This document shows, piece by piece, positions 1 to 8,042 of a DNA stretch of 12,635 bases. How positions within the stretch are numbered: position 1 is the stretch's first letter; each line of letters begins with the position of its first letter. A model generated the notes under the pieces. The model was not told where the DNA came from. It saw only the letters and a list, made by a program, of their open reading frames with translations, and ran no database searches. The stretch covers positions 1-12,635 of the forward strand of contig JAWOBF010000024.1 in NCBI GenBank assembly GCA_046498225.1. The letters run 5' to 3'. The position numbers and the translations under genes were made by a program. The DNA comes from Candidatus Aegiribacteria sp. (GTDB lineage: Bacteria > Fermentibacterota > Fermentibacteria > Fermentibacterales > JCC-6).

Positions 1-102
1 TACGTAAGGAATTAGGGCCGAATGAAGGAATACGGCCAGCTCGTTGATGGAAGTGTACTCACGCAGGTCCTCCAGCTTATCAACGTACAGATAGTTTATC
101 AT
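1..102 (-). CDS. 5' end of a gene running off the window edge; hypothetical, possibly a GNAT-family acetyltransferase
   Basis: ATG at 102-100 opens a stop-free frame MINYLYVDKLEDLREYTSINELAVFLHSALIPYV to base 1, preceded by purine-rich AGAGAGAAAA. Not in the ORF track. Only 34 codons are visible, so the product guess is weak. Confidence 0.55.
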   Translation of the reverse strand, partial: MINYLYVDKLEDLREYTSINELAVFLHSALIPYV

Positions 103-129
103 TTTTCTCTCTTTTCTGAAGAGTATTGA

Positions 130-157
130 TTGACTGCTAATCATTATTGGATAAGAT
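130..157 (+). promoter_or_regulatory. Candidate sigma-70 promoter for the DMT gene
   Basis: TTGACT (130-135), 16-bp spacer, TAAGAT (152-157) in an AT-rich divergent intergenic region. Confidence 0.4.
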
Positions 158-199
158 GCGCGGATCATAACCCAGGTGTAGGTTTTACTCCAATGTTTC

Positions 200-227
200 A
201 TAATTGCATATTAACCGGTCATGTCAA
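200..227 (-). promoter_or_regulatory. Candidate sigma-70 promoter for the left-edge gene
   Basis: On the minus strand: perfect TTGACA (227-222), 16-bp spacer ending TGc, then AATTAT (205-200). It would face the + strand candidate at 130-157. Confidence 0.35.
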
Positions 228-287
228 CCCCTGTAAGGAACCATCATCCTTCGGAAAGGCTAGAGCGCTTTCGAAAAAAAAGCATTA

Positions 288-1157
288 GTGCCAGACCTGC
301 TCCTACTGCTGACAGCCGCCATCTGGGGGTTCGCCTTCGTTGCTCAGAGGGCCGGTATGGAGCATATGGGTCCTTTTTTGTTCAACGGCATACGATTCGC
401 CCTGGGAGCGGCAGTGCTTCTGCCTGTGCTGGCGTTCAGGGCGAGGCGTTACTCCCGGCCGTCCAGCGGATTCCCGGTCAGGGACGGCGCTATGGCCGGG
501 CTGGTGCTGTTCGCGGGCGCTTCTCTTCAGCAGACCGGGCTGGTGTACACAACCGCGGGGAATGCGGGTTTCATAACCGGACTTTACGTCCTGCTGGTGC
601 CGGTGCTGGGCATGTTCATGGGCCAGCCCACCGGCTGGAGGACCTGGGCCGGTTCCATCCTGGCCGTGGGCGGAACGTTCCTGCTCACCACAGCGGGTAC
701 TCCAAGGATGGCCACAGGAGACCTGATAGTCCTTGCCGGAGCCCTGTTCTGGGCGGCGCACATTCAGCTGATATCCAGGTTTATGAAACGTCACCGGGCG
801 CTTCAGCTGGCCGCTGTACAGTTCGCTTTCTGCTCGGTCCTCAGTTTTGCCTTCGCCGCGGTCTTCGAGAGGAATTCGGCCGCCGGTCTGACCGGTGCGG
901 CGATTCCTCTTCTGTACGGGGGACTTATCTCGGTGGGCATAGCGTTCACTCTCCAGGTAGTGGCCCAGAAGAGGGCTCATCCCTCACACGCGGCGATCAT
1001 AATGAGCCTGGAAACGGTATTCGCCCTGGCCGGGGGCTGGCTGATGCTGGGGGAGAATGTGACAGCCCGCGGGGCCTTCGGCGGTCTATTGATCCTGACG
1101 GCGATGATACTCTCGGCCACCGGCCGCTACAGGAGAATGATCCCGGCAGGGTTGTAA
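288..1157 (+). CDS. DMT superfamily (EamA-type) transporter, about 10 TM helices
   Basis: 289 aa, hydrophobic, two EamA-like repeats. Typical motifs: IWGFAFVAQR, PFLFNGIRF, NAGFITGLYV, GDLIVL, AAIIMSLETVFA. GTG start with an A-rich leader and no clear SD. Confidence 0.93.
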   Translation: MPDLLLLLTAAIWGFAFVAQRAGMEHMGPFLFNGIRFALGAAVLLPVLAFRARRYSRPSSGFPVRDGAMAGLVLFAGASLQQTGLVYTTAGNAGFITGLYVLLVPVLGMFMGQPTGWRTWAGSILAVGGTFLLTTAGTPRMATGDLIVLAGALFWAAHIQLISRFMKRHRALQLAAVQFAFCSVLSFAFAAVFERNSAAGLTGAAIPLLYGGLISVGIAFTLQVVAQKRAHPSHAAIIMSLETVFALAGGWLMLGENVTARGAFGGLLILTAMILSATGRYRRMIPAGL

Positions 1158-1181
1158 CCGATCACGCTGGAATGGTATAGT
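1152..1181 (+). promoter_or_regulatory. Sigma-70 promoter with extended -10 for the kinase-mutase unit
   Basis: TTGTAA (1152-1157, overlapping the DMT stop), 18-bp spacer containing TG (1173-1174), TATAGT (1176-1181). GGGAG SD at 1204-1208 precedes ATG 1215. Confidence 0.55.
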
Positions 1182-1214
1182 AATAATCCACAACGAGCAG
1201 GCCGGGAGAACCAT

Positions 1215-3959
1215 ATGCCTGAAGTCAAAGGATCCTCGGGAGGAGCAGTTCCCGCCGGTAATGACGGGCCTATCGAACAGCTGAACGAACAGCTGCGTCT
1301 CAGCCGCTCCACCCTGCAGACGGTACTCAGGCTCACTGAAGATATCGTGATAATCCTTGACAGAAATGGTTTTGTAGCGGACGTCAGCCCGCGGGCCGAA
1401 GAGATGCTGGGCATTTCCCTGAAGAACACTCTGGGAAGAAAGACCTGGGAGGACTTCGTCCCGGAGGACGAAAGGGAAAGGCTGACGCGGTACTTCATAG
1501 ACCGGGCCAGGGGAGTGGGAAGTCCCCCCAGGACGTATACCCTGAGAGTTCTTGTTCCCGGCGGCCAGCGTTTCATGCGGGCCAATGTCGATTTCATCCC
1601 CGGCACCGAGGACAGGGTAGTTATTCTAAAGGATCTCTCCGAGGTGCTGAAGGAGCAGAGGCGCACCGCGGAAAGCGAGGAGAGGTACCGCACGGTAATA
1701 GAGAACACCAAGGATGGCATACTGATCTGTACTATGGACCGTGTACTCTTCGCCAATACCAGCTTCTGCGAAATGACCGGCCTCCCCAGGGAGGAGATAT
1801 ATACCCTTCCTCCCCTGAGGATGTTCCATGACTCCGACGGAATCACACTGAGGTCGCTCCTTTCCGGGCCGGACGCGGGGAACAGGAAGGCACAGGTCCT
1901 GGAGACCTCGGTAAGAAAGAAACAGGGATTCCTTCCGGCGGAGCTGTCAGCGACTCCCATGAACTACAGGAATACCGACGCGGTCCTGATATCCGTGAGG
2001 GACCTGACCCGACGCAGGGAGGCGGAGAGGCAGATAAGGGAGAGCCATAAGCTTCTCAAGGCCATCGTGGACAATTCACCCGTTGGAGTTTCTGTGCATG
2101 ACAGGTACGGCACCCTTCTGATGGCCAACGCTTCCTGGAGGGCCATATGGGGAAAGTCCGTGGACGACCTGAAGGAAAACATGGCTCCGCGCCAGGAGTT
2201 CCGAATGGATGAAAGGGATACCTACCTGGCAGACTACCGGCAGGATGTGGAGCGGGTATACAGGGAGGGGGGAGAGCTCTACATTCCGATAATACAGCCG
2301 TCCGACCCGCCTCCCGGGGCCGCGGAGTACATATCCCACCACTTCTACGCGCTCATGGGAGACGATGGAGAGGTGGACAAGGTCGTCGTCCTTACACTTG
2401 ACCTGACGGAGTCCCTCAGGACCAAGGACGAACTCCGGGAGACCAGGGACCAGTACCGGGAGCTTTTCCGGAACATTCCCATAGCCATATACCGCACCTC
2501 TCTGGAAGACGGTGGCAGAATAATCTCCGCCAACCCGGCGATGGTCAGCATATTCCGAGCCGGTGGGCGGTCCGACCTCGACACTATCACCGTCGATGAG
2601 CTCTACGCTGACCCGGCCGGAAGAACAAAGCTGATGGAACGGCTGAGGGATGAAGAGGAAGTACAGGGTTTCGAGGTGGAACTGAAAAGGCTGGACGGTT
2701 CCACATTTCTCGGTTCTATCTCCGCGCGGAAGGTCCGGGGCAGAGAAGGAAGACCGGACAGCATAGAGGGCATCATCATGGATATCACGGACCAGAGGAG
2801 GATGGAGGAGGAACTGCTCAACATAGAGCATCTGGAATCCATCGGGACCCTGGCGGGAGGTATAGCCCATGACTTCAACAACCTGCTCATGGCGATACAG
2901 GGCAGCGTCTATCTTGCGCGGGAGGAGAAGGATCCCGCCAGAGCCGGGGAGTACCTTCGGGACACCGAGGCGTCCATCAATGAAGCCACGAACCTGACCA
3001 GGCAGCTGCTCACCTTCGCCAGGGGCGGCGTTCCGGTAAAACAGTCGCTGGACGTGGAAACCTGTGTAAGGGAAGCGGTGCTGTTCAGCCTCAGGGGATC
3101 GGAGGCGGAGGCGGTGTTCGATTTCCAGGACGAACTGGACAGGATAGACGCGGACCGTGAGCAGATAGTCCAGGTATTGCAGAACATGGCCCTGAACTCG
3201 GTGCAGGCCATGTCCGGAGGCGGCCGTCTCACGGTTGCCTGCAGCAATGTCCATCTGGACCGGGACAACCAGGCCGGCCTGAAACCGGGAGATTACGTAA
3301 AGCTATCCATAAAGGATGATGGAGAAGGCATTCCGGGGGGAGACCTGAAGAAGATATTCAACCCCTACTTCACCACCAAACCCGACGGCACCGGCCTGGG
3401 TTTGTCCACGAGCTATTCAATAGTCAAAAGGCACGGCGGAGCTATCAGGGTGTTCTCCGAGGTGGGAGTCGGGACCGAGTTCGTAATATACCTTCCCTCC
3501 GTCTCCGGCGTGGAGGAGAAAAAGCCTGAACAGCCAGTCAGAGGAGGAGCGGACCGACCGGTGGGGTCCGCGCGCATCCTGATAATGGACGATGATCCGA
3601 GGGTCAGACAGGTCCTGGGATCGATGCTGGCAGCCCTGGGACACAGCGTGACGGAATCCGTGGACGGGCGGGAAGCGGTGGAGCTGTACCGGCAGGCAAT
3701 GGCTTCCGACAGGCCGTTCGACGCTGTGATAATGGACCTGACCGTGCCCGGAGGTATGGGCGGAGAAGCTGCCATCGAGGAGCTGAGGAAGATCGACCCG
3801 GCCGTAAGGGCCATAGTATCCAGCGGCTACGCCAACAACCCGGTTCTCTCAAGCCATGTGGATTACGGTTTCTACGGCAGTCTTGTAAAGCCTTACAGTC
3901 TCTCCCATCTTCGGGATGAGCTGGATTCCGTCCTGACACTTGACAAACAGCAGGAATAA
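1215..3959 (+). CDS. Cytoplasmic hybrid sensor histidine kinase (4x PAS - HisKA - HATPase - REC)
   Basis: PAS-like blocks end in ILKDLS, SVRDLT, LTLDLT and IIMDITD. H-box GTLAGGIAHDFNNLL (H552), N-box QVLQNMALNSVQAM, G1 DDGEGI, F-box IFNPYFTTK, G2 GTGLGL. Receiver ILIMDDD...VIMDLTVPG (D841)...VSSG...KPY. No TM segment. Confidence 0.95.
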   Translation: MPEVKGSSGGAVPAGNDGPIEQLNEQLRLSRSTLQTVLRLTEDIVIILDRNGFVADVSPRAEEMLGISLKNTLGRKTWEDFVPEDERERLTRYFIDRARGVGSPPRTYTLRVLVPGGQRFMRANVDFIPGTEDRVVILKDLSEVLKEQRRTAESEERYRTVIENTKDGILICTMDRVLFANTSFCEMTGLPREEIYTLPPLRMFHDSDGITLRSLLSGPDAGNRKAQVLETSVRKKQGFLPAELSATPMNYRNTDAVLISVRDLTRRREAERQIRESHKLLKAIVDNSPVGVSVHDRYGTLLMANASWRAIWGKSVDDLKENMAPRQEFRMDERDTYLADYRQDVERVYREGGELYIPIIQPSDPPPGAAEYISHHFYALMGDDGEVDKVVVLTLDLTESLRTKDELRETRDQYRELFRNIPIAIYRTSLEDGGRIISANPAMVSIFRAGGRSDLDTITVDELYADPAGRTKLMERLRDEEEVQGFEVELKRLDGSTFLGSISARKVRGREGRPDSIEGIIMDITDQRRMEEELLNIEHLESIGTLAGGIAHDFNNLLMAIQGSVYLAREEKDPARAGEYLRDTEASINEATNLTRQLLTFARGGVPVKQSLDVETCVREAVLFSLRGSEAEAVFDFQDELDRIDADREQIVQVLQNMALNSVQAMSGGGRLTVACSNVHLDRDNQAGLKPGDYVKLSIKDDGEGIPGGDLKKIFNPYFTTKPDGTGLGLSTSYSIVKRHGGAIRVFSEVGVGTEFVIYLPSVSGVEEKKPEQPVRGGADRPVGSARILIMDDDPRVRQVLGSMLAALGHSVTESVDGREAVELYRQAMASDRPFDAVIMDLTVPGGMGGEAAIEELRKIDPAVRAIVSSGYANNPVLSSHVDYGFYGSLVKPYSLSHLRDELDSVLTLDKQQE

Positions 3960-3975
3960 CTGGAGCGGTGATAGC

Positions 3976-5346
3976 ATGAAAGCGTTCAAGGCATACGACA
4001 TCAGAGGAGTCTACGGCAGGGACTTCGACTCCGAGACCGTCTACAAAATAGGATTCCACCTGCCGGGGCTGTTGAAGGCGGACAGGGTTCTGGTGGGCTA
4101 CGACTGCAGGGAGTCCACCCCCGAGATCCTCCATCACCTGGCGGCAGGGATCATGGATTCCGGGTCCGACGTTCTGGATATGGGCCCGGCCACTACGCCC
4201 ATGGTCTATTACGCCACGGCGGCCCACGGGATTCAGGCATCCGTGCAGATTACCGCCTCCCACAATCCCAGGGAGTACAACGGGCTTAAGGTATCCCGCT
4301 CCGGGGCGCTTCCGGTAGGGTACGACACCGGCCTGAGGGACCTGGAGAGAATGGTCCAGAGCGGTTCCGTCCAGCCGGTGGCTTTTCGGGGAGGGTACGA
4401 GGACTTTCCCGGCATGAAGAGGGAGTACGTTTCCTTCCTCTCAGGCTTCATGGATGACCATTCCGTGCTGAACACCGGTATCGACTGCTCCAACGGGATG
4501 GCGGCCCTGATAGCGAGAGAAGTACTGGGTGACGGGCCTGCCTACATCTACGACAGCCTGGACGGGACCTTTCCCAACCATCCGCCCAATCCGCTGGAGG
4601 AGGAGAACACGGCGGACCTGAGGGCTCTGGTTCTCAGGGAGGGACTGGACGTTGGAGTGATATTCGACGGCGACGGCGACAGGGTCATGTTCGTGGATGA
4701 CCTGGGAAGGTTCGTCCGCCCCGATATCATCACTGCCGTACTCGGCCTGCATTTCCTGGACGGGGAGAGCGGCAGGGTCCTGCACGACGTAAGGACATCC
4801 AGGGGGGTGATCCGTTTCATAGAGGAGCTGGGAGGGAAGCCCTGCATGTGGAAGGTGGGACATTCCCACGCCAAGATGAAGATGAGAGAGCTGGGAGCCG
4901 TCTACGGCGGAGAACTGGCGGGTCACTACTATTTCAGTGATTTCTTCAACTGCGATTCCGGAATGCTGGCCGCAGTGCTTGTCCTGAACATTCTGGCCTC
5001 GAGGAAGTCCCGAGGGACGAATTTCTCCGAACTGGTGGACTCCATCGACATCTACGCAAATTCGGGGGAGGTCAATTTCAGGATAGAGGACAAGATAACC
5101 GCCATGAACAGGCTGAAGGACCACTTCACGTCAGAAGAGGAACCCCTGGCGATGTACGATTTCGACGGATACAGGATCGAGTTCCCCAAATGGTGGTTCA
5201 ATATCCGGCCTTCCAACACGGAGCCCTACCTCAGGCTGGTGGCGGAAGCTGAGGACCGGCAGCTGCTGCGGGAGAAGATGTCGGCCATACGGGAAATAAT
5301 CCATGAACAGGGAGGAGAGGGGCAGGGCAGCCGAACAGCCGATTAG
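3976..5346 (+). CDS. Phosphomannomutase/phosphoglucomutase (alpha-D-phosphohexomutase)
   Basis: Start moved to ATG 3976 (MKAFKAYDIRG, with GGAG at 3962-3965). Phospho-Ser loop TASHNP, metal loop FDGDGDR, sugar loop GELAGH, phosphate loop IRPSNTEP. Confidence 0.95.
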   Translation: MKAFKAYDIRGVYGRDFDSETVYKIGFHLPGLLKADRVLVGYDCRESTPEILHHLAAGIMDSGSDVLDMGPATTPMVYYATAAHGIQASVQITASHNPREYNGLKVSRSGALPVGYDTGLRDLERMVQSGSVQPVAFRGGYEDFPGMKREYVSFLSGFMDDHSVLNTGIDCSNGMAALIAREVLGDGPAYIYDSLDGTFPNHPPNPLEEENTADLRALVLREGLDVGVIFDGDGDRVMFVDDLGRFVRPDIITAVLGLHFLDGESGRVLHDVRTSRGVIRFIEELGGKPCMWKVGHSHAKMKMRELGAVYGGELAGHYYFSDFFNCDSGMLAAVLVLNILASRKSRGTNFSELVDSIDIYANSGEVNFRIEDKITAMNRLKDHFTSEEEPLAMYDFDGYRIEFPKWWFNIRPSNTEPYLRLVAEAEDRQLLREKMSAIREIIHEQGGEGQGSRTAD

Positions 5347-5362
5347 GGCTGAAGGGCTGCCC
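5325..5362. terminator. Hairpin between convergent mutase and protease genes
   Basis: GGGCAGCC (5325-5332) pairs with GGCTGCCC (5355-5362). A 3x3 internal loop is followed by CAGCC/GGCTG and a 6-nt loop holding the mutase TAG. There is no U-tract on either strand. Confidence 0.45.
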
Positions 5363-5381
5363 GAAGATTGCTCCTGAAGTC

Positions 5382-7826
5382 CTACCTGGCCAGCACCACC
5401 TTGCTGGTTACCGAAGCGTCCGCGGTCCGGACCATTACGAAGTAGACGCCGGAACTCACCATTCCACCGCTGTCATCGGTTCCCTGCCAGGACACAGTAT
5501 GGCTGCCGGCGGCAAGCTCACCGGAGGAAAGCGACCTTACCTGCCTGCCGGAAATGTCGTAAACGGAGATGCTCACATCTCCCGTGCATGAGACGGTGAA
5601 AGGTATGCTCACCTGCGAGGTGAACGGGTTGGGGAACAACGGATTGACCTGCAGCGGTCCCGATGATGTTCCGCCCTCTTCCACTCCCTCGTGGGGGACG
5701 GCGTATACCTCTATATCGTCGATGTTCCACCCGCAGTAGGTCCATCCTCCGTCCGTGGTGCCCATGGTCCACCTTATGTACACCTGGGACTGGTCATCGG
5801 CCACTTCGGAGATGTCTATAACCTGCTGTTCCCAGCTTCCGCCCACCATCTCGCCCTCGTTGGCCCATACGTCCGTCCAGTCCACCCCGTTGGTGCTTAC
5901 CCTCACGTAGGCGTGGTCGTACTCCGGTGATTCCACTCCCAGCCATCTCCAGAAAACCAGCTGAGAGCTGTACATTCCGTTGAAGTTCAGCGGCCCGGTG
6001 GTGAGATGACGCTCGGGAAGGTTGTTGGGGTAGTCACCATCGAGGTTGTAGCCGTAGACATTGGTACCTGTGTGGCCGGACGTGGGGTCTGGATTTCCGT
6101 ACTGGCCCCCCGCGCCGGTGGGAACTCCGAATTCCCAGTCCCCCTCTGTGGTCCAGCCCGGGTCGCTGGACAGGTCCCAGCTGTAGAGTACCGTGGGGTC
6201 TCCTATGACAAGCACCACATCCCTGTAAGTGTCTCCCTGATGGGTGGTCATGTTAGTGAAGTAGACCTTCTCGCTGTAGGCGCCCGCCGGCAGGGTCGCC
6301 GCCTCCCCGCTTACGGAGAGTGTTACCGTCAGGGGATCGTAGGGATCGAGGGAACCGGACGTGGTGGAGATGTCCAGCCATTCGGCGCCGCCCTCTGTGG
6401 TCACCTGGTAGCTGATGGAGCCCTCGCCGTTGTACTGCATGGTGTATTCGGCGCTGGAAGGGGAGAACGGTCCTCCCGCGTCACCGCTTGAACTGAAGTC
6501 GGAAGAGGGTGTGACGAAGAGGCCCTGGGGATTGGTCAGGGCCTTTATGCAGAAGTTGGCGGTTGTATCCACGGTGGTCAGGTCCACCCAGGAGGAACCG
6601 TCGAGGAAGAAGCTCTCCCCGGGATCGGCCCTGGACTCTACTATGACCCTGTACTGGGCCCCGAGAAGGACGGGCACGTCCGATGTGCAGTCGAAGGGGT
6701 GGCCCCCGTCGGAAAGCTGGAGGTATACGTAGAATTCCTCTCCCTGTGACAGGGAAACAGGTTCGGCTAAGTCCACCGTGTGCAGGCCGACCCGTTCGAC
6801 GCTGCCGGTGACCGACCCCAGAGTTCCGCTCAGCTGGCCGCCGGAGAAGCTATCATAAATGGTTGCCGTATAGTCCACGTTCTCCTCGACGGTGAAGAAA
6901 CTCACCGCCTCCAGCATCTCGTCCTGCTGGCACTCGAAGGCGTTGAAAGCCTCGGATGCCGTGATGAGCGTATCCCTCCAGCCGTGATAGTCATGGTAGT
7001 AGACGTTCTGGTACCTCATGGGCTCCACCTCCCTGTGGGAAATGGCTCCCATGGTGGGGTTCTGGCAGGCGTGCTTGTCGTAGTAGGATATCCAGAAGTA
7101 CCCGTCGTTCCCCCACCCGGTCCCCCAGCTGTTCTTGACCAGCCACGCGCCCGGCTGGGGAGCCTGGGTTACCCTGCTGTCGTCCCAGCCGATTATGGAG
7201 ATGGCGTGGTTGGGGTCCAGTGAGCTGGAGGGCGGCTGGTAGTGCTCGTACTCCGAATTGATGAAGGAGCCGTCGTAGCACATGCAGGTGCCCATCACGC
7301 CGTAGTCCATTATGGCCTGCTTGATGGTGTCAATGTTCTCCAGGCTGCTGCCGGCCATGTACCAGGAAATTTCCCTCGGGTAGTAGAAATGGTAGGAATC
7401 AAGGTATCGGTCAGGCGGTGTGGAGTAGGACTGGCCGTCTATGTCCCTCACCGCACCCTCTCCCCGGGAGAGGTAGGCGGAGGCAACCAGGTAGTCGCCT
7501 CCCTGGTGGACCACCAGGCCGCTGCCGGAAGGGGGGTCCAGGTCGTCATTGTTGTGCTGGTTGAACCCGTTCCACCAGTCGAGATGGTACTCGGCCAGGT
7601 TCGGCTCACCGGTCTCTCCCGCCGCTTCCCAGGCGCCGGTCATCAGGAGGTTCCCCTCCATGGACGCCATGACCCCATGGGTCCAGCAGGTGCCTCCCTG
7701 CTGGCTCTTCACCGAGGTTACGTAATTGATGCCGCCCACGTCCCTGAGGTCGAATACCGGCGGCGGCTGCGAAGCGGCCGCGGAAGCCAGCAATAGAAGC
7801 GATGCGAATATAAGGGTCCTGCTCAT
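5382..7826 (-). CDS. Secreted C1A (papain-like) cysteine peptidase with lectin-like, BACON-like and jelly-roll domains and a T9SS/FlgD-Ig-type C-terminal domain
   Basis: Signal peptide, then FDLR...VKSQQGGTCW (Q42, C47), PNHAISIIGWDD (H207), WLVKNSWG (N232), GYFWISYYD. C-terminus PNPF...ISVYDISGRQVRSL...GSHTVSW...SSGVYFV. SD GGAGGA at 7836-7831. Confidence 0.92.
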   Translation of the reverse strand: MSRTLIFASLLLLASAAASQPPPVFDLRDVGGINYVTSVKSQQGGTCWTHGVMASMEGNLLMTGAWEAAGETGEPNLAEYHLDWWNGFNQHNNDDLDPPSGSGLVVHQGGDYLVASAYLSRGEGAVRDIDGQSYSTPPDRYLDSYHFYYPREISWYMAGSSLENIDTIKQAIMDYGVMGTCMCYDGSFINSEYEHYQPPSSSLDPNHAISIIGWDDSRVTQAPQPGAWLVKNSWGTGWGNDGYFWISYYDKHACQNPTMGAISHREVEPMRYQNVYYHDYHGWRDTLITASEAFNAFECQQDEMLEAVSFFTVEENVDYTATIYDSFSGGQLSGTLGSVTGSVERVGLHTVDLAEPVSLSQGEEFYVYLQLSDGGHPFDCTSDVPVLLGAQYRVIVESRADPGESFFLDGSSWVDLTTVDTTANFCIKALTNPQGLFVTPSSDFSSSGDAGGPFSPSSAEYTMQYNGEGSISYQVTTEGGAEWLDISTTSGSLDPYDPLTVTLSVSGEAATLPAGAYSEKVYFTNMTTHQGDTYRDVVLVIGDPTVLYSWDLSSDPGWTTEGDWEFGVPTGAGGQYGNPDPTSGHTGTNVYGYNLDGDYPNNLPERHLTTGPLNFNGMYSSQLVFWRWLGVESPEYDHAYVRVSTNGVDWTDVWANEGEMVGGSWEQQVIDISEVADDQSQVYIRWTMGTTDGGWTYCGWNIDDIEVYAVPHEGVEEGGTSSGPLQVNPLFPNPFTSQVSIPFTVSCTGDVSISVYDISGRQVRSLSSGELAAGSHTVSWQGTDDSGGMVSSGVYFVMVRTADASVTSKVVLAR

Positions 7827-7935
7827 GATATCCTCCAGAAAGGGGTGCGTAAGGAAGGGAAAGGAAAAATTCTACATTCGGTTCCCGTAAAATGCCCCTC
7901 CCGTGCCCCGGGGTCAAGACGGAGGATATGAGAGA

Positions 7936-7978
7936 ACCGTCATGTCTTTGTGACGGTCTTTTTCAAAAACTGTATATT
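7936..7978 (+). promoter_or_regulatory. Palindrome overlapping a candidate tldD promoter
   Basis: ACCGTCA (7936-7942) N8 TGACGGT (7951-7957). Candidate promoter GTGACG (7950-7955), 17-bp spacer, TATATT (7973-7978). Confidence 0.35.
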
Positions 7979-8042
7979 GCATCCGCTGTAACATATCCCA
8001 TTTCTTCTCCAGGAATGAAGATAGAACGAAGGGAGTTCTCTG

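Noticed and set aside
221..1180. 319-aa + strand ORF overlapping the DMT gene
   Set aside because: Alternate frame rich in Arg/Gly/Ser/Pro with no motifs. The 288-1157 frame has clear EamA features.
3940..3975. Longer ORF-track starts for the mutase (3940), and likewise tldE (9394) and hsp20 (10863)
   Set aside because: The downstream ATGs at 3976, 9409 and 10899 have SD sequences and match family N-termini.
7970..7985. SOS-box-like CTGTATATTGCATCCG before tldD
   Set aside because: The right half is TCCG rather than ACAG, and the E. coli-type box is not expected to apply to this lineage.
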